Assembly (NCBI GenBank): GCA_008636045.1
Contig: SNRW01000031.1
Coordinates: forward strand, 1-38,329
DNA length: 38,329 bases
Source: Streblomastix strix
Taxonomy: Eukaryota
Reading direction: 5' to 3'
Position numbers and translations under genes: made by a program. The notes below the pieces were generated by a model. It ran no database searches, had not been told where the DNA came from, and saw only the letters and a list, made by a program, of their open reading frames with translations. How positions within the stretch are numbered: position 1 is the stretch's first letter; each line of letters starts with the position of its first letter. Of this stretch, positions 1 through 13,700 are shown piece by piece.

Positions 1-119
1 AATATATTTTATATTTGTTAAGTGCCATTTTAAATAACAGCAATGAGTACCTACTGAGAACGAAGGCTTGGTTACCAAAGTATGGAAAATGAGCATTTCT
101 ACCAAATCATATTTTTATT
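1..119. repeat. Left arm of a perfect 119-bp inverted repeat (partner 1332-1450); may extend beyond the window edge
   Basis: The reverse complement of 1-119 (aataaaaatatgatttggtagaaatgctc...ggcacttaacaaatataaaatatatt) matches 1332-1450 base for base; the first mismatch is at 120/1331. Confidence 0.95.
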
Positions 120-1031
120 GTTTTTCTCCTTTTATAATCTTTCCTTTTGCTATTTCATAAATTCTTACATTACTCCATAATCAATTCTTTAAATTGTATT
201 CTCAAACGGTTATTTGATAGAATCTGTGTTCTATAATATGTCTTTATCAATAGATTTATCGTTATTATATGATTTATTATCTTACTAATCTGCTAAACTA
301 ACGTTTTCATCATAACAATCTTTATCATAATTATTCTAATCAACAAAATTCATTCCTTCATTATGCTATTCGTTTAATCCATCTTCAATATGTTATTCAT
401 CTTCTTTATCATCTTATTATAATTATTCTTAATAATATCCCTAATAATTTTAATTAAATTGAGTCTAATCGTCATAACCAATATCTTTGATATTATCATA
501 TACTTAATTTTAATCATCTTATTACTAATTATCAATATTTTCATTTCTACTATTAGAGTCGTATTATTATTAATTTTAAAAATTTTTATTGTATTAATAC
601 TAATCATTTTAATAATTATTTTAAATATATTCTTAACTATTTTCAATATTATCACTATTTTTAATATCATTCTATAAATTGTAATCTTAATAATAATATT
701 AATTATTTTCTGGCTACTTTTTATTTTAATTATTTTCTATTTAATCACCATAATTATTCCTATTCTAATTCTAATTATTATCTTATTCATAAAACTCCTG
801 ATTTGCATTGATTCCCACGTAATTTTCTTAATTATCGAACCTTTGTGAATCTTAATCATCTTACAAATAATCATAGCCTTAATCCCATTGTATTGGTTTT
901 TATTATTGCTCATCATATGAATAATTTATAAAGTGAGTTTATACGCCAGCAAATGCTTCAACCTTCTTTTAGACTTTATTTAAATCAATTTTTTGGTTGT
1001 TTTCCGATGAATCAGACTAGCTTTATCCCAT
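1..1031 (-). CDS. Hypothetical protein, N/Q/D/Y-rich, with candidate N-myristoylation start (MGQSQS); 3'-partial; table 6
   Basis: With TAR=Gln the frame from ATG 1031 has no TGA down to base 1 (343 codons): MGQSQSDSSENNQKIDLNKVQKKVEAFAGVQTHFINYSYDEQQQKPIQWDQGYDYLQDDQDSQRFDNQENY...IDYGVMQEFMKQQKERLQKEKN. Codon pattern resembles the large gene. The last 39 codons come from the inverted-repeat arm and may not be native. The frame is also open back to an ATG at 1271, so the start is not certain. Confidence 0.75.
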
Positions 1032-1722
1032 TGAGTAATATATTATTCTATTAAATTATAAAAAATAATTATAATTATAATTATATATCGTTTTAGTGAT
1101 GTGATATGTTGCAAAATTCAATTTTATGATTGATGATAGAAAACTTGCAAATGTCATCAATAAGAGCTGTTCTTTCAACAGTTTTGATTAAAATTCAAGT
1201 TAGCTACTACAAAAATAATATAAAAAATCTAAAAAAACAGTAGAATAAAGTAGAGTAAAATAATTATCCATTCTTAAATTTTCTAAGCATAAAAATGAAT
1301 TAATGAATATCTTAATAACTATTTTAAACTGAATAAAAATATGATTTGGTAGAAATGCTCATTTTCCATACTTTGGTAACCAAGCCTTCGTTCTCAGTAG
1401 GTACTCATTGCTGTTATTTAAAATGGCACTTAACAAATATAAAATATATTAAATTATATTAAATTCTATTATACATGAACAATACGCTTGCAATTATATG
1501 AAAAAATTGAGCAGAAAATAATGCTTCATCGCTAGCTATGCACAGCTTTATTATGTTAATTTTCCTCCTAATTTCAAATTATTTCATTATAAACAATCAT
1601 TGGGATTATTTCAAATTATTTTTATTTATTCTAAACTAAGTAATTGCAAAATCTATATTTTACATCAATAAATTGGAATTGAATGCTTTTTTTATTTTTC
1701 TTTATTAGGTGATATATTCATC
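1032..1722. promoter_or_regulatory. Head-to-head intergenic region; probable bidirectional promoter plus 5' UTRs
   Basis: Divergent ATGs at 1031 (-) and 1723 (+) are separated by 691 bp. Acceptor-like T-rich tracts ending in AG lie just before both ATGs. No specific promoter motif was identified. Confidence 0.45.
1332..1450. repeat. Right arm of the 119-bp inverted repeat (partner 1-119)
   Basis: Exact reverse complement of 1-119. Confidence 0.95.
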
Positions 1723-4700
1723 ATGTTCTGGTAGAAATAATATGGCGGTTAACCTGGTGCTTAAGGACCATCTGAAATTCAAAACACCTATGACTCATTT
1801 GATAATGATAACAAGTATGATAATTTTACTACTTGTTTTTTTCAAAATATTAATTATTTTGTTGCAGTATTATAAAATATGTAACAATAATGAATAACAA
1901 ATGGCGAACGTATATATAATTATAGATGGAAGATGAAAAGAACTCAGTATTTAATGAAATAATATCAGTCTTTGATAAACTTGCATTGAGCTTAAGTAGA
2001 ACAATATTGGAAGCCACCTTTGGGAATATGTAATTATTCTGTGACTCGATTATATTACGGTTTAAAATCTTGTTTTACTGAATTATTAATATAAATTATC
2101 ATTTCTTTCTTTTGAAATCAGCTTAAACATGCAAATTGATCTTATCGATAAGAATGAAGCAACATATGGTACAGATATTATTAGATTTATGAGTGACATT
2201 GAAGGTGGAAAGCTTTATCTCCGTGCAATATCAAATCTTATTCTAAGACATGGCTTTCTTGAATATTCAATAGAATCTCATCTTTCATCCTTAATTGTGT
2301 TCTTTCTATATGTATATGCCAAACTTCCTGCTGCTTTAGATGGTAAAATTATTTTTCTTTCTTGATATTTTATATTATTTTAATATTTGAATAGATTTTG
2401 AATAGAAAATGAGAGAAGAAATGTGTGATGATTTAATGGAGCTTATTCGTGTAGTATTTTCTCATCCTCATTCTCTTCAGAATCTAATTCTTGAATCAGC
2501 GCCACATCTCCCGTATTAAAGCAGCTCACTACATTTATTGCTGCAAATACCCCTTTAGATTGATAATGTACATGGAGATATATTCGTTAAATTGTCTATT
2601 TCTGCTTTAGAATAGTTATTTGGCATATTTGAAAAATAAGATTAATAATTAGAATAAGATGAAGATGATGGATTTGACAAAGTAAATGTTAGTTAGTATG
2701 CATCTTAAGCAAAATTTAAAATATATTAGAATATTAGCCTTCCAGAAAATGTATCTTAAATGTTGTATTAATGTGAAGCATTAGAGCATCTAATGAATGC
2801 TTCTGGTAAGATGATGTTAATTGGAGCTTCTTTATCTGGAAAAAAGATGAAGAAATATATTAGTGATATAAAGAATAGTAGAATTAATGAATACGAATAA
2901 TAAAACTAAATAAATAATGATTCATTTATTTATCCTTAGTTATCGTAAACTCCAGATTAATTTAGTTAATCAGAATAATAATCTCAATCAAATGATTCAT
3001 CTGATATAACACTTTATATGCCAAATGAAATAGTCCGTCTTTGGCGTTTGTGTTTACGACTCTGTTAAAGGACGTTATTCACATCAATGCCTTTACTTAT
3101 ATAATTTATATAGAGAAGCGGATTATAACGTCTTCGTTCTACTATTATTAATATTGTTCGTAAAGACGAATTTGAATAAATTGTTTTGGGAAATTCATAC
3201 TTGGCTGGAAAATAAAAGAAAATTAAAGAATAATCATCATAGAAAAGAAAAGAATCAATTGAAAAAGAATTAAATTCAAACTTAATTAGCTCTCGAGAAA
3301 TATAACATTAATCAGAAAGAATAAATTCAAATATAAGTAAGGTATAATCTGGAAGAATTTAAGAGAAAAAAAATGAATAGAATTTCGGTAACATTGATGA
3401 TATTTTATCAAATGATAGTTAATATGATGAAGAAGAAGATGAAAACGAAGAAGAGCGTTGGATGGAAGTATTATAAACAATTAATAGTCTTTTAGATATA
3501 CTTGAAGAGTTTGTATTTGTAGGACCAGATATTAATCTCAAAATTCAATAAATTTCTTTAAATCAAACAATTAGTTAATAAAATAATAACAATTCTACCC
3601 CTGTAAATAGTTTAGATAATTAGAATGAAGAATAATAATAAGCATCATAATAACAAACTCAATAATATGATACTCTTTAGTAAATTTAATAGGAATAAAA
3701 CACATCTTAATTAATAATAATAGATAATTCAACATCATTATCTAAATTATCATTAGTGAATGAATAAGTAGATATCTAGTAGAAATCTTAATCTACACAA
3801 ATTACTTCTCAAAATACACATTTCATAAATGCAATAGGAAGTGCAGTTACTGTCAATATTAAAGAAAAAGAAGAATAGAAGAAATCTGGAGATGGTAAAT
3901 AGAGAAAGAAATAAATGAAAAGTTCAAATTTCATATAGATTGATCCATATGGATTTTATTCATAAATGCAAGCAGATGGATATAAAGTTTATACCACTGC
4001 ACCAACATCATCACAGTAAGATGATATTAAAAGACGCAGTTCTTCAACATTAACAAATTAAGGTTCAATTGAGTATGAGAGAATAAGATTAGGTAGTTAA
4101 GATAAATAGAATATTGCTGAATTTGCAAAGCGTCGTTGGAGCATTGTTCCAAGTAATTCATCTTGTGATGTATCTGCTAATACATGCGCATATGCATTAA
4201 GTACTCCGAAGCCTCAACCTCTGACTTAGGTGAGATTGATATAATAAAAGAATTCAGATCAATAACATCAAAGAAATAATACATTAGGAGCTTCATTGAT
4301 AGCTGGGACTCATGCATTCTATATTCTTCATGTATTATATGCTGATTCGGTCTAATTGCCTTTACTCTAACTTAGTATTCTGTCTCGAATTGATAGAATA
4401 CTACATTCAGATTAAGATATAGTATAAATGCATAATATGCTATTAGCTTGTGGTGATAGAATGAATACAATTAGTTTTATTTTATTAGGTGGAAAATTAG
4501 AAGAATTAAATCCAATTGTACAATAAAAAGCATTAAATCTATTTGTTGATGTGTTAATAACAACAAGACAGAGATGGAAAGAAATGAAGAATCTGATTTA
4601 AATTCCATTTTCTCTGTTTTCATAATAAACATTTTAAAAAGAAGATAATGCAGAATAAGAAAAGCTATATTAACTGTAAGAAAAGGGAAATAAATAACAA

Positions 4701-7700
4701 TAAAATGATATTTATGGAGATTTTACATGTTTCATTGAATCAGATTAATTATAAATATATAATTAAAACAATAATTCTAATTCATTATAATATATTCCCA
4801 ATTCATTTACATAATAATTATTATAATAAATTTAGCCGTTATAAGATTAATAAGGATTTGAATAAGATTATGATATGAAAATAGAATTAACATTATTATC
4901 TTAATCTTTAAATCCAATTATTTCTTCACCTTAAACTATTCTATTTGTCATTAAATCATTATGGGCTGCAATTGGTGCTATTCAGAAGAAGAAAATTAAA
5001 AATAAACAACAATTTCAACAATTACCATAACAATAATAATAAAATGATAATCTGAGTAATATCAATTATTCGGTTAATTAATAATAAAAGAATAGTTTTG
5101 CATCTTTTTCTTCAATAAACAAATAAGAATAATAAACAAATAAAAGAATAATAAATAAATAAAATAAAAGACATTTAAAACACAAGAATACCCATTCTGG
5201 TGTGCATGAATCTTCAATATAATCTTATTTATTAAAGATTTCAAATGAGTTTAATGAAGTATAACAATTAGCAACTTCTTTATCTGGTATTTCATAATCA
5301 TCTAAAGCTGTATCTACATTATCATTAACAAAGACTGGAATTGTACAAAATATATCTGCTCTATTATGTTCTATTTCTGTTTTATCTACAATGGTTACAA
5401 AAGATATAACAGATAAAGCTGAAGAAAGAATGAAAATGATCAAAGAAGAAGATTAATTGAAACTATTAAAGAAATAATAATAATAAAATGAAGATGAAGA
5501 CGAAGATCAATAATCATTAATTGAATAATAAAATTAATCTTAAGATTATTAATAAGAAAATAACAAAGATGAAATATAAATTCCTGATAAGGATTAACTT
5601 TTATATGTTGCATAATAGTTAAGATATTTATTTGATTCGGTGATCTAGTAACAATATACTTAATCTCAATCTAACCAATAATAAAAGCATGATCAATATT
5701 TATTCATTTCAAATAATGATTTTCCTGGTTCATCCGATTTATTGCATTTTTGGGTTGTTGAATAAAAAGATCACCACAAATTGCATATATTGGGACAGAA
5801 GTTAAAAGAAATGCATAATAGGATTAAAATAAAGTAGAGAAAGTAATAATTAATTAATTAATAATTATAATTGAATATTTAATATTAATAAATTTAAGGA
5901 ATAAATAATAATGAATAATATTAACAATAAAAACCAAAGCTTAATCCAGTTTATATTTAATATTATAAATAATTTGAAGAATCATTATTATATACACCAT
6001 TTCCTCCTAGAATATATTTATATGAAGACTTTATCTTATTTGATTAATTAAAAATGTAAGTATAAGAATAATAATAAGAATAATTGAAATAACTATCAGA
6101 AAAGAAGATATTAGGTGAAAACTTAAAATAGAAACAAGATAATAAAGAAAATCAGAATAAAAATAAAATAAAATAAACATTTCGATCAAAATCAGCTCCA
6201 CCACATTCAATAATAGACGACTTAGATGATAAATAATAAAATGAAATTAATATTTAACAACATTAAATAGATGAAATAGAAAAAGACTAATCAAAAGATA
6301 TTTCATAATCTCATACACTAATTTCAACTTCATAATAATAACAATTATCGTCATAACTATAATAAAATAACCCTTTAACAAATCACTAACTTTAATTAAC
6401 AAATAATAATCTTAATTCTATTTCAAATTCGAGTCATCACTACCATAATTTTATTCACTTATTTAATAAGATCAAAAATAAAACATTCACACCATTAATA
6501 AATGATAATGAAAATTCTGATGAATATATAATAAATAAGAAAATTTTTCATTCTCAATCATACACATTCTTACCTTTAAAATTAAGAAAGAATAAAAATT
6601 TAGAAAAAAATATTATATATTTTAAAAATGAGAAAGAAAATTTAGAAGAAAATAAATTATAGAAAGATTAATTATTATAAAAAAATTAAATATTTGAAGG
6701 TCAATAAAATACATCTTCTTCTTAATCTTCTATTATGCAACATTCACATATCACTCATTCATCTTCGCTTCATCCTTTTCCCAATACTTAACTTAATTAA
6801 TAGCATTTCATTCTCTCTCCTTAATAATCTGCATGATAGACTAAAAATCCATTTCATTCATAATAATAATTCCAGTAATTAAATCCTCTATCTCCAAATG
6901 ATTCATAACATTAGAATACATAAATATAAACAGCTGAATAAGATTATAGATTTTATGCCCCATCTTCCATTTTAATGAGAAAAATTTTAAAATAATCTTC
7001 ATTCATTGATTGGATATTATTATTTAAACCAATAATAATAACATTATAAATATTATTAAATGGCGTTAACTAAACAATCATTAATAATACTTCTTAATCA
7101 GATAATGAATTAATAATTTATTTTGCTGTTTAAACACAGACATATTAAATAATGAGAGAAAAGGAGAAACAAGATAAGAAATATTTGAAATATGATTATA
7201 GAATAAATAAAAATGATGTTGATAGATTTGAAAATTAAGAAAAATAATCGAGCTTTAATTTAAATTAATAATAAATACATTCTTCTCCTCTTTCTTAATA
7301 ATCAAAGCAATAATAATAGGAAGATGAAAATTAAGAATTTACAGATTCTGATTATGAAAATGAAACTTATAATACATGCGATTAAATTAATATTATTAAT
7401 AACCAAATTGAATACAATAGCTCTCTTAATAAACTATAATTCTCTCCAATTTCTATATCTTAAACCGATAAATAGAAATCAAATTTAATTGATTAAAATA
7501 TACTATAAAAAGTTTCTTCGCCAAAAATTAAGCATATAAACCAATCATTATTCTCAATTCATATAAATGAGTAAGAAGAAAAGAATAAAAGAATTGATAA
7601 TGAAACATATTTCTTAATTTCTTTACTATTGAATCCATTCTTTCATTTTGATATGATTAAATTCTTATAATCAACAGTTTCTGGGAGTGAAAAATAAATG

Positions 7701-10700
7701 TATAGATTTGTTGAAATGCCTTTAATTGCCCTAAATTTAATTCAAATTGCTAACAGAAATGAAATTATGCAAAATAGTGATAATAATAAGTTTATATAGA
7801 AAAAAGAAAATTAATAAGAATTGAATATTTTGAAGAAAAAACAAAAAACCATAAAAATAAATGAAACTCATCAAATTTCATCTCTATTTCTAATTCCTTC
7901 TTCTTCCTCTTTTAATCAACCAACAACTAATATATAGGATAATAATAATTCATAATAATAATATTTACATATGTTATTACCATCATAATTATTCTTGTCT
8001 CTCCTTAATTCACTATTATAATTAGTAAAATCATCATCAGGCACATAATAACAGTTTGTTCATAAAGATGGATTTATTTCTTTATTGAGATTAATGAAAT
8101 ATATTATAGATTTAAAAGATGATGAATATTATAATGAATGTAATGAAGAGATATAAAATGAAGAGATTTCAGAAATTGAATAAAAGAAGGATACTTCATA
8201 AAGTATTCATTCTCATTCGCATTCTTCACATTCACAATAATCATCATAATAATCATCACAAATAAAATATAGTGATACTCCAATATTAAGAAATATAAAA
8301 TAGTAATAATAGTTAGAAACCTAATAATAAAAACAATAATTACATTTAAATAATCAATTATTATCTTTGCCTATATCTTCAGAAATGGTATATTTCAATC
8401 CTGCTTAGTAAACATCCCCAATTTCTCCTTCTTCTAATACTAATCGATAATAATAATAATAATTACAATATGATGAATTTAATTAACAGTCTAAATAATA
8501 AATTAATAAATTAGATAGTATTATAATGATTCTTAGAATTTTCACTGCAGCATTAACAGCTAATAAAGAAAATAGAGCAATTTTTGCAAAGCCAATATAT
8601 TATAATGAATGTCTATTTTAATAGGAAGTAAATGACAGAGAATAAGATAAAATAATAAAGAATGATGAAAAGAAGATAAATCAGAGTGAAGAATAATTTA
8701 TTGATAATTAAAACAACCAATAAGACAATAATATTTTTTCTTAGTAACAATATTTTTAATCTCTTTAATCTAATATATAATATATTCCACAGTTAATAAT
8801 TAATTATTTAAAACGATCATAATTATTATCAAATGAGGTTTCATCTAGATTAATTATAATTGCACTTATTGATATGGCTTGTGAAAGAGATTCATTTAAT
8901 GTTTCAGATTAAATATAATCCCACTAATAATCATATTCAGCTTTATAATAATAATTAATATAATCTCCCATTACTCCTCTGCAATCTTCATAAATAGTTG
9001 ACATAAATAATAATTAATAATAAATATAAGTTATAGGAATTTTAACAGATAAAATTCCAAGGCTCAAATTAAGTAATGACAATTATTAATATAAGACTTC
9101 GCACCATAAGAAAAGTAATAGTGTATTAATGAATGAAAAAGAAAATTAGAAATTCCAATTGAAAGATAAAATAAAGGAAGAAGGAAATAAGTAGAGTCAT
9201 TTGAAAGTGAAAAATAGTTTACATTAAAATAGTTCAGAGCCCCATTTATAAGAACTGAAGAATGAAAAAGGATAATAAATTATTAAAGATGATAATAAAT
9301 AAATAAAATCAGAAAGAGGAAGAAATATAAATAAATAATAATAAAGAGGAAGAAAAAATAGTTAACATTCATAGAATGAATAATCATCGATACAAAATTC
9401 GTAATAATCTCATTCTTCATAATTGTTATAACAGTATAATTTAAATTAGTAGTAATAACTTTAATAAGGAAACAAGTAATTAACAAAAAGACTATTAGGA
9501 ATGGTTATTCAGAATGCAATTCCTATAAGAATGTTATTAAGACTAATTTGTGATGATGATAATGGGAATATATTTGATGCAGAATAAGAAAAAGGAGGAA
9601 GAGAAAAGAAGAAAAGTGAAAAATAGGAAAGAAAAGAAGAATAAAGAAGACAAAAGATTGAGAAGAAAATAAGAAGAAAGATAATCCAATTTTAAGAGAA
9701 AATGAATAAATAAGAATAGTCTTAATAACAATCACATAAATCTCAATTACACCCTCCAACATCTTCTAAACATTCACCTTCATCAACACAATCATCTTCA
9801 TTATCATCTTCTCATGTTGTTCATTCTTCTCCTTTATCTTAGCATTCAAATTCATCTCTTTCTTCATCTTCATATTCTTCATCTTCTTCCTTACATTATA
9901 ATGCTCAATCTGACTCAATTCCTTACTCAGTTAAATAGTATGTATGGAATTAGATAATAATATTATTGGATAGAACACCAAAGAACATAAGAACATTATC
10001 TGATTGCAATATATTATACGATTTAATTGTTTTATATTATAAGTAAATATCAAATTCTTAATAATAATTCCATTCTTAAATAACGATGATTATATAAGTT
10101 CTTGGTGCATATAGTGTAAAAGAAAGAGAATTAAGACTATTGTTTTCTTTATTGTTTCTTGCAAGTTAAATATAATAGAAAGAGATAAAAATGAATTAAA
10201 CTATTGAGAAAAGATAAATTTAAGGAATAGAAGAAAGAAAATAGATTAAGAGAAAGAATAAAAGAATGAGAAGAAAAGAAGAGGGAAAATATATAAAGAA
10301 ATAAGTAAGAAAATATTTTTATAGAAAGAATATACAATCAAAACTACCAATATAATAGCATCTAACAATTGAAACAAGCGAAGATTCAACTATTTAATTG
10401 TAAAATAAGGAAAAAATCAAATAGCTTAACAAATATTCTTACTAATCATAATCATTATTTCATCTAATATCTCCAATATTAACCAATTAACAAATAAGAT
10501 CTTTATCAGAGTCTCCTTTTAGAACAAACTTAATTGAAAATAATTTTGACAATATAAATTTAGCAGAATTGAATAAAATAAATAAATAAGATAATAAACA
10601 TTCAATTTCACCATCTTCACTAACACCTTCTCAAATTATATAAAAATAATAAATATTTTCTCGATAATATTCATTTAAAAAGCAGTTATAAAACAAATAA

Positions 10701-13700
10701 ATACAAGATAATGATTAAGAGACATTATTGAACAAATCCAAGTTAATTTATGATTAAACAAATATAAAAAACAACGAAAATGATAATAATGACAAAATGT
10801 AAAATATTGCCATATAATAAGATAAATAATAAGATACTGAAGATAAAATATCTATCTCATGCACTCCTCCAACATTAATGAAACATAAAATATCATAATA
10901 AAATACCCCTTATTCAGTAATTAATAATATTTTAAAGGAAAAACAGATTGAATAGAAAGAAAAAGAAGATTATGATGAAAATAAATAGAAATAATAATTA
11001 GAATAATATAATTCAGATTTAATGAAATAACTCTAAGATCAAATTATAATAGATGATTAAAATGAATTGAAGCAAAAGAATGAAAGAAAGTAAAGTAAGA
11101 AAAAGAAATTAAGAAATTAAAAGGAGAATAAAAATGAATAATTCGAATTGGAATATGAATGTGACTAATAATTTAATAAACACAAACATATTCCAACATC
11201 CTATGAAGTTCTTCTTCATCTTATATTTAATATAACATCTGCATCATTGGAGTCATTAATTCCACCTCGCTCATCTTTATTATAAAGTGCTACAAGCGAT
11301 GAGATATTTGAAGATAGAGATGAAGTTATAAAGAAAATAAAATTGAAAATACAGAAAGAAAAAGAAGAAATGATAAAAAGAATGAAAAAAGAAGGGAATT
11401 TATTGATTGAAGGTGAAGAAACCGAAACAAAATAAATTATTAAAGCATCTCCTGTTTTTGCTTTAGAAGAATATGATTAAATATCATCATAAATTTAATC
11501 CAAATAATCACAAAAATTGTAATAATTAAGGTAATCCAAATCGTTTTAAATTCAGAAAAAAGACTATGGGAGTTAATTAATAAATAAATTATATACATTA
11601 AAATCAAAACAGTAAGTATAGTAAATGAAAGATAGAATGAATATTTAGTAATAACCTTAATCTTTACCTTCTTATTAATCTCCTGTTCCAATCTCTCCAA
11701 CTAATTCATTGTATCATTCACATTAATATTCCTTGAATTCATATAAGAATGAATAATAACAAATAAAACTATAAAAATCATAACAACTGCATAAATACTC
11801 TAATATTTAATATAGTATATAATAGATAGCATAAAAATTAAATCTTCAGTTGAGATAACTTAGTGTTGCTGGAGGAATTAGATTTGATTTAACATAAAAT
11901 TAAGAAGCTTATTTATAGATTGGATACAATGGAAATAGAATTTGGCCTCCTGTATAAGAATAGAATTAATCTGTTTAATCTTTAGTATAATAATTTAATT
12001 AATAATAATATATAGATTATTCTAAACAATAAAGAAATATAAACTTGCCATAATCATAATCATTTAATAATCATTCATGGCTTTGTGGATATACAATTGC
12101 ATTTTGGATAAGAATAGATAACTATGATTAAATATCTCCTTTAGTTTTATTTAGTGCCTAAACTTCTTCTGTTTAATTATTAGTAATAAATATTTTATCG
12201 TCGTTTATTTCTCCTTCTTAATAATAATCTTAATAATAATAATAATTAATTAAAGAATTAAATAATATTGGCCCATACTTAGAAGTACTGTTAGATGGAA
12301 ACAGAGGAATGATCAGAATACAAACAGAGCCTTCATTCTTGAAAAATATTATTAATAACATGAATAATTATATTAACGTCAATAATTAAATGAATTAGAA
12401 TATTAAATAGAATTAAAGTTTTAAATTAACTTAAGATCATTTAAAATAATAAAAATCAAAATAATAATAATAATCTTAATATTAGTAGTATAATAATGTT
12501 ACATAATGTGAATTTCCATTTCGTGCAGAGTTTGGCAGGTGGCATCATATATGTATATGTCATTATTCATAATAATATCAAATGTAATAATAGCATAATT
12601 ATAAATAATACAATTAATAATACAATTAATAATACAATTAATTTTACAGTTAAGGTTCAATATATATGATAATAGATGGTGTTCCATATGCTCCATAAAG
12701 ATTAAACTATATTGGATAACCTTTATATATTACATAATAGCAATAATAAAACAATCAGTAAGATCCAGTTTCAATGTGGTTTGGATAGAAGAATCCGCCA
12801 GGTCTTGAATTGGCGAATTAAATTATAAATGATTAATAATAATAATTACAATAATAATTACTAGGAGATAACTAAGATGAAATATAAGGAGAAAGAAAAA
12901 GAAGAGTTTCAATGTTTTAATAAAAATAAAGAAAATAGTCAATTTAATCATAATAACAGATGTAAACATAGTAATAACAATAGGGATCATTAAATAACTC
13001 ATAGATATATTCAATACAATAATAATCTCTCACTACATCCAATCCTTAATCTCCATCGTCTTCACTATTTTAACCCTTATTATAATATAAATGTCCTTAT
13101 GCTTTGTGGTGGTTAGGATCATTCTTAATATCAGATGAAATACTATCATGGTAGCAGATATCAATGATATATTAATTAGGATAGTAATATATTGGATTGT
13201 ATTAAGGTGATATTGGAAGATATATTAATATTGAAGGAAGATCTTGCATTATTCCAATTCCTAATGAGAACAGAGAATTATTGAGAAATATTGAAGTAGA
13301 GGCAGAAGATAAAGATGAAGAACAAAAATTTGCTATTAAAGGAGAAGAGGATGGTAAATAAGCTATTGGCACATGGAAAATGATTAAATATGGATCATTG
13401 AAATAAATGAATAGAAATTCTTCTTAATAATTAACAAATACTAAATCCGATTCATCTTAACCCTCTTCTTAATCTTCTTCATCAGCACTATTTATATAAA
13501 ATAATTTGTTTGCACCAACCGATTAATCATCCTAATCACAATTTTAATAAATCTAATAATAAATATTATAATAAAACATTAATAAATCACCATAATTTCA
13601 ATCACTGCATTAAAAAAATAAACATTTATCAACTCCACTTCATGCATAACAAAATTTATAATAACATTAATAATAATTTACATAACAATAGCAATAATAA

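Noticed and set aside
1..1450. DNA transposon defined by the inverted repeats
   Set aside because: The enclosed ORF has no DDE, tyrosine-recombinase or HUH motifs, the ORF reads through the repeat, and no target-site duplication can be assessed at the window edge.
1341..1478. + strand ORF MIWQKCSFSILWQPSLRSQQVLIAVIQNG... within the inverted-repeat arm, superficially like the BEACH start MFWQKQ
   Set aside because: It ends at a TGA after ~45 codons, the similarity is limited to a few residues, and there is no convincing splice path to 1723; likely chance or a uORF.
6700..6875. Intron that would remove the internal TGA
   Set aside because: GT at 6700 to AG at 6839 or 6875 gives 140 or 176 nt (not 3n), and the segment has coding-like S/H/P/Q periodicity rather than the T-rich composition of the real introns.
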